Below the pieces are notes generated by a model. It was not told the DNA's origin and searched no databases. It saw only the letters and a program-made list of their open reading frames with translations. Of a stretch of DNA of 64,000 nt, positions 10,829 through 23,917 are shown one piece after another. The translations under genes and the position numbers were made by a program. The DNA comes from Octopus sinensis (lineage: Eukaryota): the NCBI RefSeq assembly GCF_006345805.1, contig NC_043001.1:135656001-135720000 (forward strand), given 5' to 3'. Every line of letters starts with the position of its first letter. Position 1 is the stretch's first letter.

Positions 10829-11573
10829 TGCCCTAAATAAAAAATAATAATTATTATTTTTAAAAATCATGTTTACCTGTAAAAGTCTTGTAAGTTTAAT
10901 ATCTTGATATGGTATTCGGTTCTGACCACTTTGAATGGCTTAATATGGAATTTTTTTATGGAAGCTTTCAATTTAGATTAGTTTAAAACATGAATTTGTA
11001 TCATAGAACCAGGGCCAGTTTCAGGCAGATTGGTATCTAAAAGATTAAAGCACCAGTCCATGACAGTAGACTTGTGGAATTGTTAGAGCATTGGACAAAA
11101 TGTGTTACAGTATTTGTCCAAGTTCTTTACATTCTGGTACCCAGGTAGAAGTGAAGGATGTTGGAAGTTTCTAACCTTTCACTTGCTTCAGTCTTTCAAC
11201 TACAGCCATGCTGGAGCACTGCTTTAAAGAGTTTAATTGTATAAATCATCCCCTGCACCTACTCTTTAAAGTCTGGCACTTATTCTGTTGGATACTTTTG
11301 CTGTGTACTACCAAATTTGATCTCAGGACATGGCATCTTGGGCAAGTATCTTCTACCAATATTTTGTGAGTAGAATTTTGGAGACAAAATCTATGTGGCA
11401 GAGTGTTGCATATATACTTTTTTTTGTTCGTGTCCTCATTTTTATATCTATGTTTTTGTTTAGTCTCCCAAAAAAGTCTTATTGTATTCCTTTATATCCT
11501 GTAACTTAGCACCTTTCCAAATAGAGATCAATAAAATAAGTACCCAACTGAGACAAGTAGTGGGGTTCATATG

Positions 11574-11791
11574 TATTTCACTACTGCCCACAAGGGGCTG
11601 AACACAGAGGGGACAAATGGATTATGTCGATTACATCGACCCCAGTGCGTAACTCGTACTTAATTTATCGACCCCGAAAGGACGAAAGGCAAAGTTGACC
11701 TCGGTGGAATTTGAACTCAGAACGTAACAGCAAACGAAATATGGCTACGCATTTCGCCCGGCGTGCTAACGAGTCTGCCAGCTCACCGCCT
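11574..11791 (-). mobile_element. Young family B SINE (non-TTA tail subfamily) with 13-bp TSD
   Basis: CpG-rich near-consensus copy; TGGGGTTCATATG at 11561-11573 and 11792-11804. Confidence 0.92.
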
Positions 11792-11999
11792 TTGGGGTTC
11801 ATATGGTCAACTAATACACCTGCATGGCTGCAGTCCAATGACTGCAGCCAGTGAAAGAATAATCAGAATTGAGACACCACCCGTATGGCATGCTGAAAAT
11901 TGGTGTTATTACATTGTAACGATCACTGTAAGAAATTCCGATGTAATCATGAAGAACAGCGATGATCTACATTTTCAAACTAGAGATCATTACAACAAT

Positions 12000-12418
12000 A
12001 GGCGCAGGAGTGGCTGTGTGGTAAGTAGCTTGCTAACCAACCACATGGTTCCGGGTTCAGTCCCACTGTGTGGCATCTTGGGCAAGTGTCTTCTGCTATA
12101 GCCCCGGGCCGACCAATGCCTTGTGAGTGGATTTGGTAGACGGAAACTGAAAGAAGCCTGTCGTATATATGTATATATATATATATGTATGTGTGTGTGT
12201 TTGTGTGTCTATGTTTGTCCCCCTAGCATTGCTTGACAACCGATGCTGGTGTGTTTACGTCCCCGTCACTTAGCGGTTTGGCAAAAGAGACTGATAGAAT
12301 AAGTACTGGGCTTACAAAGAATAAGTCCCGGGGTCGATTTGCTCGACTAAAGGCGGTGCTCCAGCATGGCCGCAGTCAAATGACTGAAACAAGTAAAAGA
12401 GTAAAAGAAAAGAGTAAA
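12000..12418 (+). mobile_element. Full-length family A SINE (near consensus)
   Basis: AGGCGCAGGAGTGGCTGTGTGG head through the GTAAAAGAG tail. Confidence 0.93.
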
Positions 12419-12684
12419 TAAAATTGTAATTGGGGAAGAGGAGTGAAAAGTGTGGTAAATGTTCTTGAAGTGGAGACAGTATCTGAATAAAGAAACAGCA
12501 TGTCTTTTGGTGGAGTCCATAGAAGTTTTGGAACAAAAGAAATGAAGACTGATAAAAGAAGAAACTTAACAACATCAAGAAGAAGATAAGTAGAAGGAGA
12601 AGAGGAAATGTAATTAACATTATTGCACTCCAGACGGTTATCAATAATTTTAATAGCATTTTAGGTAATGTGAGTGTGTGAGTA

Positions 12685-12846
12685 TGGTATAGTGCTTTGA
12701 AGATGTATATATGTGCATGTATGTGGAATAGTGCTCTGGACATTGTGTGTGTGTGTGTAATAGAGTCTTGGATAGATGTATATGTGTGTGTGAGTGTGTG
12801 AAATAGTGCTCTGGTCATAACTGTGTGCATGTGATGTGGTGTGTGT

Positions 12847-12882
<36 letters not shown>

Positions 12883-13728
12883 GAGTCTTGGACAGATGTA
12901 TATGTGTGTGTGAGTGTGTGAAATAATGCTCTGGACATAACTGTGGGTGTGTGTGATGTGGTGTGTGTGTGTGTAATAGAGTCTTGGACATATGTATATG
13001 TGTGTGTGAGTGTGTGAAATAGTGCTCTGGACATAACTGTGTGTGTGTGTGATGTGGTGTGTGTGTGTATGTGTGTGTGTAATAGAGTCTTGGACAGATG
13101 TATATGTGTGTGTGAGTGTGTGAAATAGTGATCTGGACATAACTGTGTGTGTGTGTGTGTGTGATGTGGTGTATGTGTGTGTGTGTGTGTAATAGAGTCT
13201 TGGACAGATGTATATGTGTGTGTGAGTGTGTGAAATAGTGCTCTGGACATAACTGTGTGTGTGTGTGATGTGGTGTATGTATGTGTGTGTGTGTAATAGA
13301 GTCTTGGACATATGTATATGTGTGTGTGAGTGTGTGGAATAGTGCTCTGGACGTAACTGTGTGTGTGTGATGTGGTGTGTGTGTGGTGTGTAATAGAGTC
13401 TTGGACAGATGTATATTTGTGTGTCAGTGTGTGGAATAGTGCTCTGGACATAACTGTGTGTGTGTGATGTGGTGTATATGTGTCTGGTGTGTGTGTGTGT
13501 CTGGTGTGTGTATGTGGTGTGTGTGAGTGCCTGCATGTATGAAACAGTGCTCTGGACATAACTATATGTGTGTGTGAGTGTGTAGAATTGTGCTCTGGAG
13601 ATATCTGTGTGTGTGTGCATGTGTGTGTGGTATGCGTATATGGGTGCGGTGTGTGTGTGGTGTGTAATAGTGCCTTAGACATATCTATATGTGTGTGAGT
13701 GTGTGGAATAGTGCCTTGGACAAATCTA

Positions 13729-13763
<35 letters not shown>

Positions 13764-14000
13764 ATATGTACATGGAATAGTGCCTTGGACAAATCTATGT
13801 ATGTGTGTGTGTGTGTGTATGTATATGTGCATGGAACAGTGCCTTGGACAAATCTATGTATGTGTGTGGTGTGTGTGTATGTATGTATGTATGTATATGT
13901 GCATGGAACAGTGCCTTGGACAAATCTATGTATGTGTGTGTGTGTGGTGTGTGTATGTATGTATATGTGCATGGAACAGTGCCTTGGACAAATCTATGTA

Positions 14001-14033
<33 letters not shown>

Positions 14034-14070
14034 ATATATGCATGGAACAGTGCCTTGGACATATCTAAGT
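12685..14070. repeat. Microsatellite-spaced minisatellite with a dimeric higher-order segment
   Basis: Conserved AAYAGWGYYYTGGACA core separated by (GT)n/(GTAT)n runs. A/B subunits alternate at ~12757-13460; monomers at ~13700-14070. Confidence 0.93.
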
Positions 14071-14799
14071 ACATATATGATGTGATGATGATGATGATGA
14101 TGATGATGATGGCATGTGTGCGCGTGTGCATAGGTGAAAATTGAACTGAAGTTTATCACTTGATTAAAGCTGAATGCTACAAAATGCGCTACATTAATAA
14201 TAGATGTGAGTTCCTTGAAAAGCTTATTGTCCAATATAGCGAAATATGTTATATTGTTACATTTTCTAGTAAACATCAATAAAGAGAGCACTTAACTGAT
14301 TAAACTAATCACCATAGCAACAGACTCAAACACACACACAAACACGCATTCAAATTATTAGACAGTCATTGATTTATGCTTACAATTACATACGCGTACA
14401 TAGTGATATATGAGTGCAATATTGCATATACTATTATGGGCACAAGAATGGTTTCAGTTCTTATACACATGTATCCATGCAGTCTCACATATATATACAC
14501 ACAAGGATGATGTGTAAATAGTTAATCATAGATATATACACAACATATTTATATATGCATATACACACTGATATTTCAAAGTAAATAACAATAAAGACTA
14601 ATAGGACCCATGAAAATTCTACATTTTATAAATTCTCATACTTCTGTTTTCAATGCCAAAATTGATAGATTTTCAGAACATTGACTCATTATGATAAGAA
14701 TCATGATTATATCTTTGATTCTGTTCTGTAGTTGTTTAAAGTGTAACATGCAAATATACAAACATAGACACAAGTACAATAACTCGTGGTCAACACTAG

Positions 14800-15160
14800 T
14801 GCTACCTGACTGGCTCCTGTGCCAGTGGCACGTAAAAAGTACCCACGACACTCTTGGAGTGGTTGGCATTAGGAAAGGCATCTAGCTGTAGAAACCTTGC
14901 CAGATCAGATTGGAGCCTGGTGCAGCCTACTGGTGTTTACCCGTGCCAGTGCTGTGTAAACACACCAGTGCTGGTGGCATGTAAAATTCATCCAGCACAC
15001 TCTGTTAAGTTGTTAACATTAGGAAGAGCATCTAGCTGTAGAAACCACGCCACAACAGACAATTGGAATATAGACAGCTCCCAGCTGGCCGGCCCCACAT
15101 CCAATGATCAAACCCCTGCTAGCATGGAAAGCAGATGTTAAACGATGGTGATGAAGATGA
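14800..15160 (+). mobile_element. RTE 3' UTR fragments (two tandem partial copies)
   Basis: GTGGCACGTAAAAAGTACCC...GGCATTAGGAAAGGCATC occurs twice; ends GATGTTAAACGATGGTGATG. Confidence 0.8.
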
Positions 15161-15887
15161 CGATGGCACATATATTCACAAACAGACATAGACATTTGCA
15201 TACATACATGCATAGACACATTTTCACTCATACATACATACATACATACATATATACATACACACTTACAGAAGCTAAAGCACCAGATACATACAGACAT
15301 ACAATGAGACACAACACACAAGCCACAGATGTGCATACATATCAACACATGTAGACATGCATCAAATACATAGATATAAGCACACGCACATTCACAAACA
15401 TATATAGGGACATGCACACATACACACATGCATAGAGACATTTGTATATACACAGACACATGCATACATTCTGACACATGCATACATTCAGACACGTGTG
15501 CATACATACTCAAATGGAGATATAGAAGTGCACACATAGCTGCATATAAATACCAAACCAACTGGTTATAAACACTTCAAGAATTGAGTGAATGGATTAA
15601 TTTAAAGCAATAAAGCTGAGCGTTTAGATATGATAAAGGAAGAATAATGAGAAATTTAAGAAGAGCAGTAAAAAAAAATCTGCCACAACGAAACATAAAT
15701 GAAAACTAATTTTATTTAAGAATTTAAGACTTAATAGGCCCTAATTGCAAATAATTGTAGTTTTAAAATGTGTTTTCTCTTCACACTTCATTGTTTAGAA
15801 AAACACTTCAGATATTTCAAGCAATCAGGCTGAAGAGAAATTGCCTGTTGCTGCTGTTGCTGCTGTTATTATTATTATTATTATTAT

Positions 15888-16365
15888 TGAGGAGGCAGTG
15901 AGCTGGCAGAATTGTTAGTATGCTGGATGAAATGCTTAGCAGTATTTCACCTGCTGAAATAAGGCGGTGAGCTGGCAGACACGTTAGCGCGCCGGACGAA
16001 ATGCTTAGCGGTATTTTGTCTGCCGTTACGTTCTGAGTTCAAATTCCGCCGAGGTCGACTTTGCCTTTCATCCTTTCGGGGTCGATAAATTAAGTACCAG
16101 TTACGCACTGGGGTCGATGTAGTCGACTTAATACCTATGTCTGTCCTTGTTTGACCCCTCTGTGTTTAGCCCCTTGTGGGTAGTAAAGAAATAAGTATTT
16201 CACCTGCTGCTATGTTCTGAGTTCAAATTCCACTGAGGTTGATTTTGCCTTTCATCCTTTCAGGGTCAATAAATTAAGTACTAGTGAAACACTGGGGGTC
16301 AATGTATTCAACTAGTCCCCTTCCTACCAAACTTTAGGCCTTGTGCCTGCGGTAAAAAGGAGTAT
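15888..16365 (+). mobile_element. Older family B SINE containing a young family B SINE (15961-16193)
   Basis: 16-bp TSD AGTATTTCACCTGCTG at 15941-15956 and 16194-16209 around the inner copy. Confidence 0.9.
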
Positions 16366-16604
16366 TATTATTACTGAGAAGGTGGTGAAACGGCTCAATT
16401 GTTTGAGTATCAGAAAGAATGCTTTGCAGTATTTGTTGTGGTTCTTTACATTCCGAGTTCAAATTCTGTTGAGGTCAAGTTTGCCTTTCATCCTTTTGGG
16501 GTTGGTATAATAAAGTGCTGGTTAAATACAAGGGTTGAGAGTATCAGTTAACCCTCTCCCTTAAATATTAGAAACAATTAGCATTACTTTTTTTGTTATC
16601 ATTT

Positions 16605-16673
<69 letters not shown>

Positions 16674-16879
16674 GGGAATCCTTTCTACTAAAAGCACAAG
16701 GCCTGAAATTTGTAGGGAGGGGACTAATTGATTACATTGACCCCAGAGTTTCAATGTACTTAATTTATCGACCCTGAAAGGTTGAAAGGCAAAGTTGGCA
16801 CTGCATGTATGACAGTGACAATCATTTACAACTATCACACAATGTCAAGATAAGAACACACACATCTATATATATATAT

Positions 16880-18254
16880 ATTTCCTTGTTTTTACCCCTC
16901 TGCGAAGTAATTTTATTTAATTCTTTCGCACAAAGGGCTAGTTCGACGAGTCGTGTTCTGTCCTCACCTTTGAAACACGCTGGAGTTGAACTAGGGACAG
17001 CTGATGAACGGGATTTTTCCTTGTGTAGTTTGTCTCGTACTCTGTTTTTTCTTTGTAAAAAAATGGTCCGTTCCATGCTTGTTTTTACGTTTTCGTTTCT
17101 CATTGAGTTCTACGTCTATTTGTGGTGTCCTGTACTCACGTATATATATTTATATATGCATGTATATATACATGTAGATGTAGGTACGTACATATATGCA
17201 TGTATGTATGCATATATTTTATTCATTACACTATTGTATGACTGAGCGCCCTCGCGTCGATTCGATTCGTTTCGTTTCTTTTCTTCTTCTCCAAGTACAG
17301 TTTTTATATATATATATATATATATATGAGAACTAAGAACACATTTTACTAAATTTTGTACGGTTTTTTCAACCTTTTCATGCTTATTCGTTCATTCCAC
17401 TCTTCGTTCTTTCTTTCCCCCCTCTCTCACATTTCTTTGCCTTTCTTACTCACTTTTCACTTTACTATGTCCCTGTCATTTTTTCTCGCCCCTCCTTAAT
17501 TCTTCTGTCCATCTGCTTCTACAACTCTCTCTCTTCTCCCTCCTTAATTCTTTTGTTCCTCTTTTTCTCTCTCTTCTCTTCTCAAATGACAGATAGGCCA
17601 GATTGCTAGCCCTCTTTCTGTGTCTGACTGTGGTCACTGCCACATCGATATTCTTTCCTGTGTTTGTGAAAGTCTTGTACCTCTGCCTTAAGGCTTCATT
17701 TCCACACACACCAGCTGAATTCAATTCGTCTCCAGTTGAAAGACACCTGTTGTTATGTCCTGTTATTATTATTATTTTTATTGTATTTTGTATTTATATT
17801 CATGAAACATTGTCTGTTTTTCCGTCCTTGTTTTCATATACATTCGATGCTGTCTTCCAAGGAATCTAATGCTCCTAGCTTAGTTTTTCCTTGGGGCTGA
17901 CCAGATTGGAGCAATCTTAAGATTAATCAGTCAAAATTGCGAAGATGATCCGGTTCTTGACTGAGGATAGAAAGCTTCGAATGCCCCATCCTTGTTTTTT
18001 GTATCGTCTATCTGAATGTTTTGTTGTCCCTTTTTGCATCATCTAGTTGTCAGAATGTTTTGCGTTCTTGTCCCATTTTGTATTTTATATATATATAAAA
18101 TACAGAATGGGACAAAACATCCAGACAGTTAGGTGATACAAAAAAGGGACAACAAAACATCCAGATAGACGATACAAAGAAAACAAGGACGGGTCATTTG
18201 GAGTTTTCTTTCCTCAGTCGAGTTCCAGATTATCTTTGCAATTTCGGCTGGATA
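16880..18254. mobile_element. Penelope-like non-coding remnants separated by (TA)n, ending in a palindrome
   Basis: Segments bounded by (TA)n runs, CTGATGAA motif near 17001, hammerhead-like fold at 17843-17945, inverted arms 17925-18254; no ORF recognised. Confidence 0.5.
17843..17945 (+). ncRNA. Degenerate type III hammerhead ribozyme fold (core mutated)
   Basis: GTC site 17852-17854; 10-bp stem I (17855-17864 : 17887-17896); core CTGACCA (expected CTGANGA); 6-bp stem II (17904-17909 : 17927-17932); AAAA in place of GAAA, while the inverted sister arm keeps CCAGCCGAAA. Confidence 0.55.
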
Positions 18255-18353
18255 TACATATATATATATAAATATATATATACACATATATATATAAACA
18301 CATATATATATACATATTGTGAAGTATATCTGCCACCTAAATGTGGCTGACCC

Positions 18354-18399
<46 letters not shown>

Positions 18400-19090
18400 T
18401 GTGTGTGTGTGTCAGTGTATATGTGTATATGTGTGTGTGTGAGTGTGTATATATTATATCATCATCATCATCATCATCATCGTTTAAAGTCCGTTCTCCA
18501 TGCAAGCATGGGTATATATATATATATATATGTGTGTGATATATTTACAACACCTTTCAGTTTCTGTCTGCGAAACCCACTCACAAGGCTTTGGTCAGCC
18601 CAGGAGTATAGTAGAAGATATGTGTTGTCCAAGGTGCCATACAGTGGGACTGAATCCAAAACCATGTGATTGGGAAGAAGACTTCTTAAGGTACGGCCAC
18701 ACCTATATAATGCTTGCACATGTATGCATGAACACGCGCGCACACACAATTATGACTCAATGTGCGTTTGTACATTAGCAGCAGACACAAACAACTGCAT
18801 GGTTTATATTTTTAAAGGGGCAGAGTTTGATGAAGAGATTAAAGCAAAACTATAAATAACTCTTCAACAGCAAAATAAAAAATAAGCTATAAAGAAACAA
18901 CAACAACAACAAAAACCCCCTTCCCCTCCACTACATCTTGTTATCATTCTAGTTTTCTGTCAATGTTTGTTTAAACTGTAATCTATCTATCTAACATGGC
19001 CACAACATCTCTGTGTGTGATACCGGTTTGGTGGGAGATCGGAAGATTGGAATAAAATGTTGAAAACATAGCATAGATTATAGGGCTTGT

Positions 19091-19129
<39 letters not shown>

Positions 19130-19257
19130 AATAGTAGCAAAAATAGTTTTTGTTGCAATAGTAGTACATATAGTAAAGGTATATTTTTGTGTCAGTAATA
19201 ATAGTATTAGTATTGGTAATAGTAAAAATAGTTTTTGTAGTGGTAATAGTTATAGTA

Positions 19258-19472
19258 GAGGCCGCAAGCTGGCAGAATTGTTAATACGCCGGGTGAAATG
19301 CTCAGCAGTATTTTGTCTGTCTTTACATTCTGAGTTCAAATTCTGCCGAGGTCGACTTTGCTTTTCATCCTTTCGGGGTCAATAAATTAAGTACCAGTTA
19401 CGCACTGGGGTTGATGTAATTGACTTAATCTCTTTGTCTGTCCTTGTTTGTCCCCTCTATGTTTAGCCCCTT
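19258..19472 (+). mobile_element. Family B SINE
   Basis: Homology to the family B consensus from GGCCGCAAGCTGGCAGAA to AGCCCCTTGT. Confidence 0.88.
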
Positions 19473-20084
19473 GTATATGTATCTTTGAATTTCAAACTTC
19501 ATGTGTTGGAGGCACATGCTATTATTGGGGAAAATAAGGGCATTGTATAACCTGACTTGAATTTCTGGTTGATATCCCAATGATATCCCAATGCAGGATC
19601 CTAGTTTAGTTAGTTGTCTGTGAACTGACCATATATGCGCGTGTGTGTGTATGTGTGTGTAAGTGTGAAGATAGATATATGCAAATGTGTATATGTGCAA
19701 GTATGTGCACATATAATATGTATGCATATGTACATATAGGAAGGCAGTCCATCTTTTCATGTCTTTTGAACCATTTCTGCTTTTACATGACAAATTCCAG
19801 GAAGATGATGAAAAGGGTATGGGATAATAGTTAACCTTCTCTTAGATCCACTTCAAACCAAATCAATCAAATGACCATTTCTAATTTCAGCAGGCTAAGT
19901 ACTGTTGCATGGATCATCAATAATTTGCAGTATCTTGGGAGAGCTATATCCAAGAAAAACAAACTCTTATCAGTAACAGGAATGGAGTTAAAAAAGAATC
20001 ATCTTCACAACACCGTGGCCTTCGGGCTAAAACATTTTTAAGGATTTCAAGGATTTAAGGATAGAATGAAATGTAAAACTAAAA

Positions 20085-20625
20085 AACTTGAGAGGAGAGA
20101 CTCAGTTTGGTTTTAGACCTAGAATAGATATGGCTAATGCCATTTGTTATAGACAGACAAATAAATGGTGTGATAAAGCAAAAGAACATCAAGTGTCCTT
20201 ACTCTTCATCTTTATTGACTTTAAAGTTGTATTAAACACAATCTAGAAGGTTCTGTGTATGACAGCAGAGGATGTAGATCTCCTAAGATAGTGCAAATCA
20301 TCTAAACGCTATACAACAATACTGAGTGTGCTGTAGTCTGGGATGGTCATCTGATGGATTGGTTTGAAGTGGGTCAAAGATGATGTTTACCTGCTAATCC
20401 CATGCCCTTGTCATCATCATTTTGGGACTTGTTATGCAAAAACTGAAAGACTTGGATGAAAGTCACAGACTCCTTCACCCTTGATATTAGTCGTGTTGAC
20501 AGCATAAAATGACAACAATATGTATGACCATTGTTAAATTGGAAATATCTGCCAAACAATTAGACAAAGCATGTAAAGAATGGGGCATGAAAATAAATAG
20601 TGCCAAGTGCAAGAGCCTGTCCCCT
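20085..20625 (+). pseudogene. Decayed RTE-type reverse transcriptase fragment
   Basis: Motifs ETQFGFRP, FIFIDFK, IVQII*TLYNNTECAV, DGHLMDWFEV, QLDKACKEWGMKINSAKCK, with stops and frameshifts. Confidence 0.85.
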
Positions 20626-20913
20626 CACACAAAATTAATCACAGCAGACGTATGTACATATGTCACTATTCTGTTTTATTCTAAGATTTCTTGTCAATAG
20701 AGAATGAATCGGTTTCTAACCTAGATCCAAGGATCCTTCATTAGAATTTCAACAATATCAATACTTTTGCATGTATGAGTGTATATGTGCAATATTTGGA
20801 GTCAGTGCACATGCAAACTTGTATGTTTTGTTTTATGTGTGCATTTTCATGCATATAGTTGCATGTCTATGCATGCACACATATACTTAAATGATAAACT
20901 TCTAGGAAGTATG

Positions 20914-21395
20914 TATTGGGTCATCCCATAAACAATGCAGTTTTTTTATACTTCTTTTATTTTTAAAAATTAAGATAAATTACTTTTTTAATCTAAAATA
21001 TACTCTCCTTCATTTTCTACAATGCTCTTCCATCTATTGGGTACACTTGCAAGGCCCTTCTTCCAAAATCCACTTGTCCATGACAAAAAATATTCCTCCA
21101 GTACTGTTCTGACCTCGTCTACAGAATTCATATTTTTTCCATCCAAACGATTTCAAAGACTGCAGAATAGATGATACCCAGATAGGGCAATGTCCAGTGA
21201 ATATGGTGGGTGGGGTATCATTTCCCATTCCAACTGCTCTAGCCTTTTTAATGTCATCCTCAATGCATGTAACTGAGCATTATCCTGATAGAAGAACACC
21301 TTTTGTCTTGAAACCAAAGATGGCCATTTTCCTTCTAGCACTGACTTAAGCCACTCAAATTGCTCACAGTAGATCTCCTTTGTTATCGAAACATA
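20914..21395 (-). mobile_element. mariner transposon 3' fragment with terminal inverted repeat
   Basis: Minus frame FFYQDNAQLH...WEMIPHPPYSLDIALSGYHLF (HDNARPH / HPPYSPDLAPSDY motifs); TIR-like TATTGGGTCATCCCATAAACAATGCAGTTTT at 20914. Confidence 0.9.
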
Positions 21396-22288
21396 GCATG
21401 AATGTAGCCTAAATGCTGCACCTAAAGTGTAAATTACAAAAGTGGTAATATTTCAATTGACCATTGTAATGACCAAGCCTAAGATTTATGATTTAAAATC
21501 TACATTACAAGAAGAGATACATGCACAACAAATTATTATATTGCCACAAGAGGTTTGCATTTATCATTATCTTCAATGGGAAGGAGGTAAATCCAATGAC
21601 AATGGTGATATAAAATGGCTGGAATTACCTCCCAGTTGGAAATCCAGCACCTCAAGGTTGACTGCCGCAGGCTGTTTTTCTTGGCCATAGAGCAGCCGGG
21701 CAGGGCACATTGTTCATGCTACCGCTGCAGCTGCCAACACCGCTGCTGCTGCCACTACCACTGCTGCTACCACTGCCACCACCACCATCACCACCATCAC
21801 AGCCAAAGAGCCATACCTATCCTGCAAATTAACTAGGAGTCCATTACTCCCAAAATGACCTCAGAGTGCACTCCTTCACCATCTCAAGTATTTCTTCGTT
21901 TACGTGTGGTGTTACCTGATATACCTTGATGCCATGCTGGGTTTATCCATCCTTTTGATGAGTCTTACTTTTAATCTGCTGGATTTCTAGCAACTGTGCT
22001 TACTGAAGTAGTTTAACAAAGGCATAATTTTGTTAGTTGCCTATGAACTGACAACACATGTATGTATGTATGTATGTATGTATGTATGTATGTATGTATG
22101 TATGTATGTATCTGTGTGAGTGAGTGAGAGTGTGTGTGTTGTGTATGTCATGTAAATACATCTATATGTATGTGCACGTAAGTGTGAAGATAAATATATT
22201 CAAATGTGTGTGTATGTGTGTGCACCTATGTGCACATATAATTATGTATGTGTATGTACATATAGGAATATGGGTTTCATGGATATAA

Positions 22289-22361
<73 letters not shown>

Positions 22362-23917
22362 GTCCATCTATGAACATACATGTTTTATTTGCATAATGAT
22401 CATAAATGTGCAAGTATACAAATCAACCTGCATGCTTTATGTGCACCCATATGCATATGAGTGTATGAGTTAAGCACACACACTCACATGTGCACACCAC
22501 ACACACACACACACACATTTCTACTGTTCCTATCAACTAATTTCTACTGATAGGGTATAAGGTCAACCTGAGGCCACAGTAGAAGCCACTTACACAAGTT
22601 GCCACACGGTGGATTTGAACCTGAAGTCATGTGGCTGTGAAGCAAGCTTTCTTAACCACACAGCCATGCTTGCTCACACACAAACATCAAACAGCCATGT
22701 AGGTATAAAAATGTGCATGTGTATCTAATGAACTACGAGCAGAAGCAAAAAGGAGGAAGTGAAGACGTATTCTTTGATAAAAAGAATATATTATAAACAT
22801 TATCATTCCAAGGTGTCATATCCATTTTATGTATTTTCCTTCATAAAAATGCCCATATGTATATATATGTATGTGTGTGTAGAGAGAGAAAGAGGGAGAG
22901 AGTGGGGAGGAGGTAGTATGTAACATTTTATTAGTCAGAGGCCTGAAAATAAAAATGACAGGGAAACATATATTTGGTAAGGGGGCAGAAAGGTGTGTGG
23001 AGAGGGAGATGGAATGGAGAGTGGAAGGGTGGATGGAAGAAGCAAAGAAACCTTATAATGTTAAAAGATTTCCTTCTATCTTGGACTGTTGCAGAGGAAG
23101 AAGGTTGGCGGGAGTGCAGCAGCATGGTGTAGACACTTATTGCTGTAAAGGGCTGGTTTATGAGAGTAAGGCAGGCAGGGGGTGATGACGGCACCGGTGG
23201 TGGTAGTGGTATAAGGAGAGTAATGGTGGAAAGCTGATAGTTTCAGGTAAATTGGTGAAGTCTCAAAGGAACTCAGCAGACAGGTATCAATGTTAAGAAG
23301 TAATTAATTTGATTGGATTTGTTTTTAATTTTTAATGCATGATTTTATTTTATCTTTTCAACATGTTTTTAATGAAAATTCTCTAATGAAAAACATTTGG
23401 AAAAGTAGAATAAATTGGTATTATATGTACATGTATACATACATACACAAACTCATACATAAATATAAGCATACATATAAACATATTCACACACACACAC
23501 ATATATATATATCATGCATGCATACCTATACACACATACAAGGGCTAATTATAGTTTACAATATTTAGTTACACAAACATTCATACACACTTAAAAATAA
23601 AAAGAAATAAGTATATAAAATTTTTTTTTTAAATGAACAAAATAAAATAAAGTTTTTCTAAAATCCCCACGTCAAAATTTGGTTTTCTATTTCTTCTCAG
23701 TAAGGAATTAGGTGGAGTCTGGTAAGATTTTTATAGGTGAAAGTTGGGCTGGGAGGTGTTAGTAAATAATATATTGCTGTCTAGGATGGGACTGTCTGGA
23801 AAAAACACCAATGTAGGAAGAGAAAGGGATCATGTGGAGACAGTATATATAATGTACATACACTATATGATGTGTAATATATAATGTAGGTATGTAGAAC
23901 ATAGATTTATTACTCAC

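Noticed and set aside
12312-13832. 506-aa and 319-aa His/Thr-rich ORFs
   Set aside because: Translations of the (CA)n-spaced minisatellite; open in several frames, no domain content.
12685-14070. CRISPR-like repeat-spacer appearance
   Set aside because: Spacers are GT microsatellites, not unique sequences; eukaryotic context; no cas genes.
14133-14205. Plus-strand exon-like segment ending in GTGAGT (similarly 49151-49217 ending in GTAAGT)
   Set aside because: Stops in all frames from the best acceptor; consensus donors arise by chance every few kb. Could be non-coding exons, but unsupported.
16995-17045. Hammerhead at CTGATGAACGGGA…TCTCGTAC
   Set aside because: The GAAA half of the core is absent and the stems are not convincing; at most a very decayed relic.
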